Source of the DNA: the human T2T-CHM13v2.0 reference genome, Homo sapiens
Strand: one strand, 5' to 3'
Length of the DNA: 64,000 nucleotides
Assembly: GCF_009914755.1 (NCBI RefSeq)
Contig: NC_060928.1
Made by a program: the position numbers and the translations under genes. Of this stretch, positions 1 through 15,919 are shown one piece after another (within the stretch, counting starts at the first letter, position 1; the number at the start of each line of letters is the position of its first letter). The notes beneath the pieces are model-generated. The model worked only from the letters and a program-made list of their open reading frames with translations, did not search any database and was not told the origin of the DNA.

Positions 1-1299
1 AATAGAGTAATTCAAGAAATGAGGTTGCCTTAGCTTTTTCCTGAGGAATGGTCTCTGTCTCAGAGTCCATTTCTAGGTATATACAGATCATTTCATAGTT
101 ATATAGCAGCCATAAATAGCTGAAACGTTATCAGATTAAACTTGTTTCATAGATACAACTCTTGCTGGTAAATTATAATTCTGAAACTATGTCTATAGAT
201 TAGTGTCTGTCTTAGAATACCATGAAACCTGACATCTTATTTCATCATTTTGGGTTACTGATTCTTGTCTTATAGTCTTTGTCATTAACAATGAGATGAA
301 GAAATCAATAACTGATTTTCCCTACAGAAGCCATTAATCTTATGAAATTAATTCCCCCTGATGTATTCTGAGAGAATTTGTACCGAAATTACAAGATTGG
401 GAAGTCTATATTATGTCAAAATTTATTCATGATGGAAAACTTTCTGATATTTGATTATTAAATGATTACTCTGCACTCTTTTTAAACTTTGAACTTTTTA
501 CTGTTAATTGCTATGTCTCCTACGCATGAAGCAAACTGTCAGCATTATATTGTCTGTAAACATAAAGATGCTACATACTCTTATAAGCTATATTTTCTAG
601 TTCTTACCTTCTAGGAAGTTTTTAACATTTGGTTCCATTGTATACCATAAGAAAAAAACATTTTTGTATAGTGTACAGCAATAAGAGTGGTGAAAAATGT
701 CTCCAGGTATCTCATTTAATAATATTATATATAACTTATGTAAATTATACAGTTGGCATGAGATTAGCATTTTGTTGCACAACGTTTGGTTTAAGGGACT
801 AGGGAAAATTTGGGTGAACAGATATTTTTTGCAATGTTGAAGAACATTATTATATACCCAGAAATGAAATTTGACTAACAGAAAAAAATATGTAATTTGG
901 ATAGAAGTATTCTTACAATTTTAATCCAATAAATCAATATAGTTATGTTCCACTGTAGTACTTATTCACTTCTCTCTTATGGCAGAACTAGTTATTTTGC
1001 ATTTCTATCTTGTCTATTAGAATATTAGTAACTGAAGTGTATGTCATATATATTTAAGAGCAAAGAACAGATCTTCCACATATGAATGTGGAGTTAAATT
1101 GAATATTGTAGAAGAGGAGATGGAAAAATTGATAGAAGTTGGAAAAAATAGACCAAAGTCAACTTGTGGTGCTCATCATTGATGCTTGAAGCTCAAATGA
1201 ACATTTAAAAAATTGGAAGTTGTCATGCATAGTACCAAGCACCTCACTTATTAGTAAGTCTCCTCTCTAGCAACTTCAACTTTACAGACTCCAGATGTA

Positions 1300-1740
1300 C
1301 TTGACATACCCTTTTGTGTCAAGTATCTTTTTGGGGAAATTACCCCTCCCTCATTCTTGGTCAATCAGGTTAATATGGGGTTGATCCCACTTTCTAGGTC
1401 TAGGAATGACAAAATCTTGTGCAAGGCCTATGCAATCACAGTACTTTCATGATACACTAATGACTTAGTAAAGTTGACTGAAATCCTACTCAAGGATTGT
1501 ATAGCACTATCAAAAAATAATATCCCTTTTGTTCCTGGGATTGTTCCCTATGTGAAAACTTATACCTTGAGCTACTGGTGATCATCATTGTCATCTCATA
1601 GGGAAATTTAGCCCAGAAAAATGCCAACACAGAGGAAAGCAGAGCAGATTGATGGAAAAAATTATGACTTGTCTGGAGATCATTCATTGAATCTACAACC
1701 CATGCAGCCAGTTTCACCCCTGGGACTTTAGGTTTATTGC
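1300..1740 (+). mobile_element. Old MaLR LTR fragment (MLT1K/L-like)
   Basis: Diverged motifs recalled from MLT1 consensus (ggggaaattacccctccc..., gccaacacagaggaaagcagagc); boundaries approximate. Confidence 0.4.
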
Positions 1741-2199
1741 ATATGCAAATAGATGAAAGCTGACCAATATTATAAAGGGAAATGAGCTCTGCCTTTTAAG
1801 TAACATTCCTAAAATATGAAATGTACTGAATAGAGATAGATTGACTGTCAATGAGAATTTTCCTCCCAAGGCTGCAATGTTGGCATTTTTATGTACTGTC
1901 TATTTTAGATAAAAAGTCTAACCATGTGTTTTTCAAGGCTGACGTTTGAGATCCCTAGAATTTCCGGACTATGTAAATCTTCATGGGAAAGTTACTGTGT
2001 AGAATAGGAGTCAAAATATAGAAGTTGGTCTCAGAGCTACAGGCAGTAACTGGGTAAAACCTTGGGTTATTTCCCTTTTCGCATAGAGTTATTGTATCTT
2101 TAATTGTAGCTGGAATAGTGTTATAATGAAACTAGAATTTTAAAATTCTGCAGGAAATGTTTGTGTATCATAGTCAATACAGTTGTGGAACATAGTGGA

Positions 2200-3125
2200 T
2201 TCATTGACCAACCAGTGCATAACTTTTTGGATCTACCATTCCACCATCTTAATCCATGTACCTCAAGGGAGCTTGGCTCTCCCTCTATGTTCAGGGCAAA
2301 GCATATGGCACAGGGCTATCCGAGTACCATAAAAATTAGTTCAAGGATGGGTATATCAACCAAACTAGGCCACCTCAAAACCGTCCCCCTCAAAAGTGTT
2401 ACAATAAGTGCCCACCTCAAAACTGTTACAATAACTGTTAGGAAATAAGAGCACTGTCTTTTTTCAAGTTTTGTTATCTAAGATGTTAGAGACTACTTTT
2501 ACCAAAAGGTGAGGAAGCCCACTTCAAAATGAAGCTAAAAGAGGACATCAGAGCTGAGGAATGAAGAAAAAATGATGGGTGAGAAAGAAGGAGAGAGAGA
2601 AAGAAAGAAGGGAGGAAGAGAGAGGAAGAAGGAAATAAAGGAAAGGAAGGAAGGAAGGAAAGAAGGAAGGAAGGAAGGAAGGAAGGGGAGGGGAAGGGAG
2701 GGGAGGGGAAAGGAGAGGAGAGCAGAGGAGAGGAGAGGGGAGGGGAGGGGGGAGGTGAGAGGAAAGGAAAAGAAGAGAAGGAAGGAAAGTGAAGGGAAGG
2801 GAAGAGAAGAGAGGAAGGAAGGAAAAGGAAGGAAGGGAGGAAGGAAGGAAGGAAAGAAAGAAAGAAGCAGAAAGTAAAAGAAAGAAAGAGAAAGAAACAA
2901 AGAAAGAAAGAGGGAGGGAGGGAAGGAAGGAAGGGAAAAGAAGGAAAAGGAAGAAAGGGAAGGGAAGGAAGGAAGAGAAGGATAAAAGAAAATTAAATGG
3001 CCATATTCTTGTATCTAGCCCTTATTGAAGAAAGGCGTACTTCTGGTATTCTCAATAATATGAGACACTATGTTTTCATTTAGGTCTAATAACATTTGAG
3101 TTGTGTTGCTATTCAACCAAGAGAG
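2200..3125 (+). mobile_element. Old MLT1-like LTR interrupted by a purine-rich tract
   Basis: MLT1-like motifs on both sides of the GA tract (ttcaaggatggg...caaactaggcc; gagttgtgttgctattcaaccaagagagt). Confidence 0.35.
2575..2992 (+). repeat. Polypurine (GGAA/GAAA/GGGGA)n low-complexity tract
   Basis: About 420 bp almost entirely A/G, with runs of 4 and 5 consecutive GGAA at 2645-2684; explains ORFs 2535-3028. Confidence 0.95.
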
Positions 3126-3325
3126 TATTTAAATTATAGAGATAATGTTTTAAGAGGTAAACTATCAAGTAGATAAAAGAGATGTCAAAAGGTTCAACTT
3201 CTGAAGCTTATGTGTTTTACCCATATAGAAATCCCTTTGGTCTTAGCTCATAACCAATATGATACTATAACTTCCTAAGCAATTCTAACAAATTTGATTT
3301 TTTTTTATTTTTCAGTTTTAAGTAG

Positions 3326-3763
3326 TTTTAAAAGAAAAACTTTAGATGCAATAAATTTAACAGACCTTACTTGAATAAAATAAAAAATTATGAATCGGGA
3401 AGCACTCAGAACCAGAAGAGGTTCAGAGAGCTCCACTCACCAATGTGAACAGAGTTTTTATAGGCTGAACATGGAAGTAAAGTAGGGAGATCACCTGACT
3501 GGCTCTAGCTAGGTGTCTGCATTATTGGGGTAAGGCGTGATGAGGCATTTGCCTGATTTGTGCATGGTCTTGTCAGTTGGCAGCCTGTGATTGGCTGAAG
3601 CTCATTTGCCTGTGATTGGTTGAAACTCAGTTCTTTGTTACCAAAAATATACTTCTAAGTTAGGTTTTGGTTCATTTATGTACTAAGTTAGGTTAAAATT
3701 TGTTATATAAGAACTTTGAGTATGGAGATAGCCTGAGGCTAATGGTCTCCTGCTTATTTAACA
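3326..3763 (-). mobile_element. MER57-family ERV1 solo LTR
   Basis: Starts t(t)ttaaaagaaaaactttag and ends ttatttaaca like reverse-complemented MER57; 4-bp TSD GTAG at 3322-3325 and 3764-3767. Confidence 0.7.
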
Positions 3764-3969
3764 GTAGGTAAAATCCAGCTAATTTGTTATAGAACAAATG
3801 TTATAGGCAGGCATATTGATGACAGTAAGTGATAACTGACCACATTAAAAAAGATACAATCTATGAAAAATTTTACAAATACTAAAAAGCATTCATAGCT
3901 ATATGTGGGCAATTAAAGCATGAATAAAGTCATTTAAATAATTTCTATCATAATGATTATTACTATTAT

Positions 3970-4100
3970 GACTTCCATTTCTTGAGGGCAGGTACTGGCT
4001 TCATGTTATTGTTACCTCATTTAGTTTTCATAACCATCTATGAAGTAGGAATGATTATGTTCCCCATTCTTCAGCTTAAAAACTGAATCACAGAAAGGTG
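3970..4100 (-). mobile_element. MIR fragment
   Basis: cataaccatctatgaagtagg...cccattcttcag...aaaactgaatcacagaaagg resembles MIR core. Confidence 0.55.
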
Positions 4101-4124
4101 CTCTTAAGCACCAAAAATTATTGC

Positions 4125-4530
4125 TGAATTAGTTATGGTAGATAAATAGGCAAAGATGCAAGAACAAGTACATCCCAAGATTTTTGTGGCTTTAAGTTTG
4201 TTTCTTGCATACTTAACAGTTTTATGCAGGTAGTAAGGTCTGCATAATAGATCTTTTTCACATAATTATTTAGTGTCACAATCTCTAAAGCTGGAGGCTC
4301 AACTATTTCTAATGCATGACTTTGAATATTCTAGTTAGAGAATTAGGCTTCACAGAGAAGCCTATGAAGGAAGTATTTATGGGCAAGATCTTGAAGTAGC
4401 CCATATTATTTTCACCAACATTTCATTGGATAGAACTTATTCACTGTGAGAGAAGCTAGTATGTGTTGTCTAGCTGTGTGCTCGTAAGAATGAACCACCT
4501 TTAGTGGTAGCTAGTGATATATGCTACATT
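4125..4530 (-). mobile_element. Old MLT1-like LTR
   Basis: Diverged motifs (catttcattggatagaactt; tctagctgtgtgc; tgctaca end). Confidence 0.35.
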
Positions 4531-4867
4531 TGCCATCCTTGTTTAATTTTAAAATTGTAGTTAATATAATGTTAACAAAATTACAGAGAAAGGCATCATA
4601 AAGAGAAAGAATAAAACAATCCTACAATTTTTTAAAATTATTTTTAATAAGCTTCTAGAAACTAGAATAACATTCTGGATGGGAATTGTCAAAAATAAAG
4701 ATAGAATAAAACTGAAAATTCACAAAAGATAAATCACGATTAAGTTGCTTCAGTTTTTACTATTCAGGAGGTCAAGTAAGTTGTTAAATGAGCATAAAAT
4801 TTAGGATCAAAGAGACCTCAATTTGAATTAGTGTTCTAATACTAGCTATTTGATATTGGATAGTTGC

Positions 4868-5219
4868 TGTCTTCACTGGCTTAGGCTGCCATAACAAAAC
4901 ACCATATATTGGGCACCTTAAAGATCAGAAATGCATTTTCTCACAGTTCTGGAGTCTGGGAAGTCCAAGACCAATTTAATTCCCCCCAAGGTTTCTCTTC
5001 CTGGCTCACATACCTTCTTACTGTATCCTCCCATGGCAGAGAGAATATCCTCTTCTTATAACAGTACCAGTTGTATTGGATTAGAGCCCCACACGTATTC
5101 CCTCATTTAAACTTTATCACCTCTGCAAAGACCATATCACCAAATATAGCCACATTGGACATTAAGGCTTCACATATAAATTTGTGGTGAGGGAAGGGGG
5201 CACAATTCAGTCCATAGCT
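4868..5219 (-). mobile_element. MLT1A-like MaLR solo LTR inserted into a MIR
   Basis: ggctgccataacaaaacacca...ttctcacagttctggag...gaagtccaaga...cacaattcagtccatagc; 5-bp TSD gttgc/ggtgc; MIR-like pieces at about 4790-4865 and 5250-5300. Confidence 0.8.
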
Positions 5220-6829
5220 GGTGCCTACCTTTTCTGAGCTTCAAAGAAGTAACTACTTTCTCTGAGTTTCTTAGTTGGAAAATGGAGATAATAAATACCA
5301 AATACAATTCTTGTAAACACTGGTGTTCATATAAATAAAGAAATTGGCACTGAGCAAATAATCACTGTGTATTAATTGATGTTCTTAATATCACTGGGTT
5401 CAGAAAGCAATAGAGTAGCTAATTCACCTTAACAGTATTATTTCACTCAGACTATATATTCCTTCTGAGGACACGATTGACCCTGAGCATGGGGTTTTTG
5501 GGGATGAAGGAATGGTGGCGAACAATTAGTTTTTCATGGGAAAAAACAAGATTGTAGTGGCTGGGAACCAGGCAGTTCAGGGATGTGTTTTGCCCTGTGA
5601 AACCAATAAAATTCAGGTAACAACTCTTTACATTTCTATGGTAGCCCAAATTATCTGCTGTGTTTTTGTATTTACTGGGTTAAAGTGGCTTCTAGACTTG
5701 ATTTCCAGACTTTCTCTGAACCTAATTTTATGTATCTTTTATGGGAATATTTATTTATTTGCTCATCAAGATTTCAGCCAGAATAAAGACTGTGTGAAAA
5801 AAGCAAATCAAAACAAAATAAAGTAAAACAAAATAAACCATCACCATCCCCTCTACAAAAACAAAAATAGACTAACGTATAAAACTCATTTTTTTTCTTG
5901 AGGATTTAATTTGATTTTTCTCATTTTTTCTGGCTTTGAGATCTGTACCACTCAATTGTGAAAAATCAAATTCAAATGCTTTGAGGTATAAATATTTACA
6001 GTGATTTCATTTCTTTAATGCCAAATATTAAGTGGATATTGGATGGGTGTATGGAAGGTTAGATAGATGGATGGATGTTTAGATGAATGGCTGGATATAT
6101 AGTGAATGTTTAATTCAGCCTATAACTCAGGATATTTGAAACTAAAAATGCAAGCACAGTATGGGAATAATTGGTTGCTTTTAAAATAAGTGTTACAATA
6201 TACTTTCACCCTGATCTTCCAGTCACATTAAATTCACTTGATTATGAAGTACTCTCTGTTACTCTCTAGTAGCTCTTATTTTCTACTTGTTTACTTGGCA
6301 TTTATTTGTTTATTTATTTATGTAGCCTAGAACATTTTCCCTTACTCTTTTCTCTTTTATGACTCACTTATTTGTCAAGTCTCAGAGTATAGGGTGCTCC
6401 TTCCTGGAAATCCTCCTTCACTCTAGATTCAGAAGAAGCAGTCATCTTTTTGGATCTGATAAAGCTGGGTAGTTTCTCTGCTAAGCATATTTGCTTATTT
6501 GTCTCTTCCAACATGAAATTCAGTAAAAGAAATCAACAACCACAAGTCATTAATTTTTTCTCTTTGTTTAGTATTTATCAAAGAACATCAACTTCAGTTT
6601 TTAACTGTAGTAATAATTCTTAGCATTGTTTTCCATAGAGGATGTCCCCAAAACTTCTCTCCAAGCCTCATTTTTCCTTACTTACTAGAAATGCCTTTCC
6701 ACATCCAGGCTGAAGGGCTCTTGACTCTTCTGCTGCCTTCTTGTTTGTATGATTTCCTTTTCTTTTCTCTTCAATATATCTTCCATTGCAGGGTTACTCT
6801 AAGAGTGATGTGCAGACTCTTGCTCATTC

Positions 6830-7076
6830 TAGAAATAGAGGTTACCACCGGCAGTGAGAAAGTACAAATTGAGAGGAAACATTTAAAAACTTTTATAGAC
6901 AATTAATTGAGTTTCCTTGATGAATCCAATATAAAAATTGGATTGATTTTTGCCTTTGTAGTTTTTAGAATTTTATTTTTATATTATTTTATTTGTATTG
7001 TATTACAAAATATTGGCCTGTGACAAAGTCTGGGGAAAAAGCTGGCTCTTCACCACAGACAGTTTGAGAAGCATTG
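6830..7076 (-). mobile_element. hAT-Charlie (Charlie4a/MER80-like) fragment
   Basis: Terminal cttcaccacagacagtttgagaagcattg resembles the recalled Charlie4a end. Confidence 0.4.
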
Positions 7077-9551
7077 TTCTAGTTTCTTCTTGGATTTGAT
7101 ATTCAAAATATTTAGCCACATTTACAGGGTATGAAACATCCAATCAGAATGAAAGCTGAACAAAAACTATTTTTTTGCCTTCTGAAGATGTGTTTCTCTG
7201 AATATTGACTCGACCTTTCCTTCTTCTGGAGCTCTCTGTTTCCTGATTTCCCCAATCCTATAAAACAGTTTAGAAACTAAGCAAGGAGAACCTTTGCATG
7301 GCGGGATAGCAGAAGAGTCCAAGAAGCCAAAGGCAAAGTCTTCTTTCTCAGCCTGCTAAGTCTGGTGAGATAGCAGGTAAGAGAAACAGAAAGGGTCAGA
7401 AGCAGGAATTGGCAAGTACTTACAATTTAACATATTTTCTTCTATACTTACTACAAAATATAAATTTATTTTGGAGGAAAAGTACTAAAGACATAAAATA
7501 CGTTTATATATAAAATTAATCTCTTGTTACAGATTTGAAAATTTTAATAGAACTGAAGAATTTTTAAAATTCTTTAAATGACTTAATAATTTAAGAATCT
7601 TTAAATTGTAAAATGCAACCATTTTTAAGAGATAATAGCAGATACCCATTCAAGGGGAATGATGTTAAGACATATAATGCAGAAAGGTAAGAATAAAATC
7701 TGTATTGAATAATCACTTTATTAGATTTTTTTATTTCATACTTCTTTATTTATATAGATTTTAAATAAGTCCACACAAATCAAGGTGTAAACCAGAATAA
7801 AACATATACATCAGCTAGTTTACTTTTTATGTATACCTTTACTCTCTGTCATTTGGTTGTGTCTAATTTTATAATAAAAATTTCATGAGCACTCCAGCTA
7901 TCGTCCTTTTAATTCGAACATGCTATATATTATGTTTTAAAACAATTTTTAAATGCTTTATTAAGTTGTTAAATTCTTATATGGCAGTGTTTCTACATAT
8001 AAAATGCTAGGACATAAACTTTCTTGGGAGATATTTATTTGTAAAGCCATTGCATCCCATTTTGAAAATGGCTTCAGATTCACCTTTTTTCTGTCTCTTT
8101 TGTTTTCTAAAGATATTTCATTGAGACCTACATAGTTTGCTTCTTGAAAGCTTTTATTATACAGAAAATTGCATTATTTAGAAAGGCATAAAAATAACAT
8201 GGTTAGCCACTTTCATCTAATATCTTCCATTTGCTCACATTATCTGTAGATTTCAAATGTTGAGTCATACCCATTGACTATGATAAATTGAGCATTTTAT
8301 TAGATAAGTGGGCTATATGAACCATTCTACACTCACATCTGCTTCCTATGTCTTTCTCTTTCTGGGCAAACCCATTCATATCTACCTTCAATTACCATCA
8401 CCATTCAGGGAGCTCCCAAATCACCTTAATCCCTACTCTCCTTATTGACAATCTGAATTTTCAAGCACCAAATTAGTATCTTTATTTGCCTATACCTGCG
8501 ATTCTTAAACACAATATATTTGAATTAAAATGGATTTTGTCTAAGCACTCTCATATTCCTGATAAAATAATCTACTCTGTTTCTATGGTCATTATTTTTA
8601 TTAATAGCCAGAGATACAAAAACCTATGTTTCTCCCTTTCTCCCACAAACCTCATTAGTCATCAAATCTTCTTGATTCTACCTCAGAACATTTTTTTATA
8701 TCCCTTTTTGTCTTTTCTCTTTACACTTCTATTTCTTTCTGTCTACACTTCCTGCTTTTAATTTCTTGCCATTCAATTTCTCTCTCCAATCTACCATGAG
8801 GATTTTCTTCCCAAATCACAGGTGAGTTCATAATGACCTTTCTTCTTTTCAGAACTCTTCTAGTTTTCTATTACTTGTAGAATAAATTCCAACTCTTTCA
8901 CATGAAATTCAAGGCCTTTCAAGATGTATGGTTTAATATAAACCTGAATCTTAGTGAATTCAGTATATTTCTTATATCTAGGATTTGCCATTTCACGTCT
9001 CTATCTTTTGAAATATTTTTATTTCCAATCCTTTCCTTCATGTCATCATTCTCTTAAACTCTCAAGGCTTACCTGAAATGCCTCCTTATTTCCTGTATTC
9101 AGGAGGCTCATTCTTATGAAATCCCAGGGAAATTGGTTTGTATCTCTACTCAGCTTTGGTTTTATTATAAATATCATGTAGTTTTATCACAGATACATTT
9201 AATTTACTCAAATCAACTGTATGTGTGCTCACACTTTCAACAGTACTGCCGAGTCCACCTCTACCTGCCATTCTTTTCAAAGAAAATGTGAGCTGAGAGT
9301 TGTGGATTCTTAAGTTTCCGACATAGATTTCAGTTCCCACAGGCTTTTGATAGGAGCATCCTGCTGAGTTATGGTCTGATGTGGTTCTAGTTTGGGAAGA
9401 TGTAGCAATGTTTACATATTTTAGCAATGTCCCTAAACACTAGCCCAACAATAAAGGAGCACTTTTTTTAATGGGTCAATCCTTCTGTTACTACAGGACT
9501 AATTGAGTGGTGCAAGTTCATTTCTAATATATTTTCCTAAGGATAGTTTCA

Positions 9552-9858
9552 TTTTTTTTGTTTTTTTAAGATGGAGTTTCGCTGTTTTTGCCCAGGCTGG
9601 AATGCAATAGAGCAATCTTGGCTCACTGCAACCTCTGACTCCCAGGTTCAAGTGATTCTGCTGCCTCAGCCTCCCAAGCAGCTGGGATTACAGGCGCACA
9701 ACACGACACCTGGCTAAATTTGTATTTTTAGCAGAGATGGGATTTCACCATGTTAGCCGGGCTGGTCTCAAACTCCTAACGTCAGGTGATCCACCCGCCT
9801 CGGCCTCCCAAAGTGCTAGGATTACAGGGATTACAAGCGTGAGCCACCGTACCTGGCC
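9552..9858 (-). mobile_element. AluS (Sq/Sx-like)
   Basis: Full dimer, T-tail at left, ends cctggcc; small internal duplication ggattaca-gggattaca. Confidence 0.95.
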
Positions 9859-11109
9859 TCAGTTTTTAAATAAAAAGCAAATCTGCAAACTTTTGGGTTT
9901 GAGACTTTTAGTTTTAGGGTTGTGGACTTCCCAATGGAATGTATATGTTATTTGTTTCCCTTATAGCATATATCGTAATTGCCTATTCATTATTTAATAT
10001 ATAATCTTTAATCTGAATTTATTTTGAATTTGTCTAATCAGCATGAGTCTAATAAAGACACCAAATAGTCTAAACAATGTTAGAATTCTTCTATTCCTCT
10101 ATCTCTATTGTATGGTGGGTATTTAACATTTCATAATCAATGGAAACATTCTACAAGAAACTCTTACTACTGCTTTTGTGAAACACCAGAATGCGTAAGC
10201 ATCTTAACTTCTTACTCCCGTAAATAAAAGTGCTAGGTTGATGTGATTGAATTTGCATGAAATTCAAGGAGAAAGTTCATCTCAGCTCTTAAAAGAATCA
10301 TAAAACAGTGCCAAGGGACTCACAAATGTGGTGAATTGGTCTCATCTGGATTGAAACTCACAAATTATAGGTAACTGTGTCTTTCAGGAATATTGTCTTT
10401 TTAGTTTGATAGAAGAAAAGAGTGATTTAATGTACTTACATGAATATATATATAAATATATGTATAACATTATCACATCTCAGTAATAATAAACTTTCCT
10501 CTATGATGTTGTGACATTTTAATACCTTTGCAGAAAAAGATGACACAGAGTCATCTGCAAGTTGTAACATTTCAATTTTACACTTTGGAGATTTCATCTT
10601 TTGATGGAATTTCTTTTATAACCTGACTAATGTAAGGTTATGTTGTCTCTCATTACCACCTTTGATCATCATTTCAGCAGAGCAGGGCTAATGTCATCAT
10701 CGTCATTAAGCTCTGGGAGAATTTCCTGCTGGGTTTTTAGATAATCACAATATTTTTCATTTTATAAAAAGCATGAAGGGAATTTGTACTTCTCTGTTCT
10801 TATTTCTTATTTTGAGTGTTTGGGGTGGAGGCAAAAAGGAATGGTAAAATAAGTGTCCTGGATAAAAAAAGTAATCATTGCTGTATTTTTTAAGTAATTT
10901 TTTCTTTCAGTAGGATTGTCCTGTGTGTTTTTATGCATGGGCCTTTGTCCACAAATGAGGCTTTGAATTTAGGAATTAGGTTAGATGTTTATCTAAATTG
11001 TCATATTTTAACCAGATTTTGAAAACCTCATCATGAATAGACAAGTGCAGTGACTAACAGAAACCTAGCCTGAAACTGGAAGTTTATGGTTTTTAGAATT
11101 TGGCCTGTT

Positions 11110-13368
<2,259 letters not shown>

Positions 13369-13431
13369 AGAATTTGGCCTGTTGTTCTATTATTTTCCAC
13401 ATTTCCCATTCCAATTGTACTATTGAGCATA

Positions 13432-13910
13432 CGATTGACCCTTGAACAACGCAGGGGTTAAGGGCGCCAAACCCTCGTGCAGTTGAAAATCTGCATATAA
13501 CTTTTTTCTCCCCCAAAATTTAACTGTTGATAGCCTTCTATTGACCAGAAGCTTTATCAAGAGCATAAACACTCAATGAACATACGTTATGATATTTATG
13601 TATTACATACTTTATATAAAATGTACATTATATATTTAAGTATTGTATACTCTATTCTTACAGTAAAGTAAGCTAGAGAGAAGAAAATGTTATTAATAAA
13701 ATCATAAGGAAGAGAAAATATATTTACTATTCATTAAGTGGAAGTGGATCATCAAAATGTCTTCATCCTTCTCATCTTCACGTTGAGTAGGCTGAGGAGG
13801 AGGAGGAAGAGGGAAATTGGTCTTTCTGTCTTAGGAGTGACAGAGGTAGAAGAAAATCTGTATAGGAAGGACCCATGCAGTTCAAACCCATGTTGTTTAA
13901 GCGTCACCTG
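13432..13910 (-). mobile_element. Tigger2a (MER28)-like DNA transposon
   Basis: Imperfect TIRs cgattgacccttgaacaac / gttgtttaagcgtcacctg flanked by TA on both sides. Confidence 0.85.
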
Positions 13911-14457
13911 TATATTATAGCTTTATTATTACTAATGTTATTTTTTGGGTTGTTTTTGGTAGAACTTTTTGCATAATTGGAATGTGATAAATATTACATG
14001 ACACTGTTTTATGTATGCAAATTATATCTAACTAGGCTTGTATCAATGTCAAAGGAATCTTATTAGTATTTGGACTGCTGTAGAATGACAGTGCAGTCTG
14101 AATAATTCATTGGCTGCTGAAAGGTCAGCCTGACTACTTCCACAAACATTTAGGAAGGCACATTATGTTTCAGTCATAAAGTACTTAACCATAGCTTTGA
14201 TTATTTATTTACACCACCATCATATGAGGTCAGTAAGAATTACCTTTTCTACTATGATTCTACGATTAGGGGAATAGAAGGACATGAAAATAGATGGAAA
14301 CTGTGGTTAGCCAATTACCCAAAGTTATAACCAAGGTCACAGATTGAGTAAAAATTTCAAATTACATGTCTAAGCCACTATATGTCGTTTCATTCTTCAA
14401 GCAAAGGAGGCAGCTTACTTCTTCTATGTGGTATGTTTGCTATTTTTCATCTCTTGG

Positions 14458-15885
14458 AGAGAGGTGACAGCGTGCTGGCAGTCCTTACAGCCCTCGTTCA
14501 CTCTGGGCACCTCCTCTGCCTGGGCTCCCACTTTGGCAGCACTTGAGGAGCCCTTCAGCCCACCGCTGCACTGTGGGAGCCCCTTTCTTGGCTGGCCAAG
14601 GCTGGAGCCCACTCCCTCAGCTTGCAGGGAGGTGTGGAGGGAGAGGCGCCAGCGGGAACAGGGGCTGCGTGTGGCGCTTGCGGGCCAGCTGGAGTTCCGG
14701 ATGGGCGTGGGCTTGGCGGGCCCCCCACCCTGAACAGCCGGCTGGTCCTGCTGGCCCCAGGCAATGAGGGACTCAGCACCCGGGCCAGCAGCTGCGGAGG
14801 GTGTACTGGGTCCCCCAGCAGTGCCAGCCCACCGGCGCTGCACTCAATTTCTTGCCGGGTCATAGCTGCCTTCCTGCGGGGCAGGCCTCGGGACCTGCAG
14901 CACGCGATGCCTGAGCCTCCCACCCCCTCCATGGGCTCCTGTGCGGCCCCAGCCTCCCCAACGAGCACCACCCCCTGCTCCACGGCGCCCAGTCCCATTG
15001 ACCACCCAAGGGCTGAGGAGTGCGAGCGCATGGTGCGGGACTGGCAGGCAGCTCCACCTGCAGCCCCAGTGCGGGATCCACTGGGTGAAGCCAGCTGGGC
15101 TCCTGAGTCTGGTGGGGATGTGGAGAATCTTTATGTCTAGCTCAGGGATTGTAAATACACCAATTGGCACTCTGTATCTAGCTGAAGGTTTGTAAACACA
15201 CCAATCAGCACCCTGTGTTTAGCTCAGGGTTTGTGAGTGCACCAATCGACACTCTGTATCTAGCTGCTCTGGTAGGGCCTTGGAGAACCTTTGTGTCAAT
15301 ACTCTGTATCTAACTAATCTGATGGGGAGGTGGAGAACCTTTGGGTCTAGCTCAGGGATTGTAAATGCACCAATCAGCACCCTGTCAAAAGAGACCACTC
15401 GGCTCTACCAATCAGCAGGACGTGGGTGGGGCCAGATAAGAGAGTAAAAGCAGGCTGCCCGAGCCAGCAGTGGCAACCTGCATGGGTCCCCTTCCACACC
15501 GTGGAAGCTTTGTTCTTTCGCTCTTTGCAATAAATCTTGCTACTGCTCACTTTGTGTCCACACTGCTTTTATGAGCTGTAACACTCACCGTGAAGATCTG
15601 CAGTTTCACTCCTGAAGCCAGTGAGACCACGAGCCCACTGGGAGGAACGAACAACTCCAGACATGCTGCCTTAAGAGCTGTAACACTCCCCGTGAAGGTC
15701 TGCAGCTTCACTCCTGAGCCAGTGAGACCATGAACCCACCAGAAGGAAGAAACTCCGAACACATTCGAACATCAGAAGGAAGAAACTCCAGATGCGCCAC
15801 CTTAAGAGCTGTAACACTCACCGTGAGGGTCCGCGGCTTCATTCTTGAAGTCAGTGAGACCAATAACCCACCAACTCCAGACACG
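14458..15885 (+). mobile_element. LTR12C (ERV9) solo LTR
   Basis: Starts (a)gagaggtgacagcgtgctggcag, GC-rich U3, CCAAT repeats, AATAAA at 15529, U5 repeats, ends ccaccaactccagacac(g); imperfect TSD ttgg/gtgg. Confidence 0.95.
15110..15450 (+). promoter_or_regulatory. LTR12C U3 enhancer/promoter repeats
   Basis: 5 CCAAT boxes (15160, 15201, 15242, 15370, 15408), GATAAG at 15435; TATA-like box reads AGTAAAA instead of AATAAAA. Confidence 0.7.
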
Positions 15886-15919
15886 GTGGGACAAAACAAC
15901 ACTTTAGGTAGTGCATTTA

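Noticed and set aside
2535-3028. K/E/G/R-rich and F/L/P/S-rich ORFs (also at 42199-42617)
   Set aside because: Translations of purine/pyrimidine simple repeats.
8815-8830. Perfect CAG|GTGAGT splice donor
   Set aside because: Lies in L2-like decayed sequence with no convincing paired acceptor; isolated donors are common.
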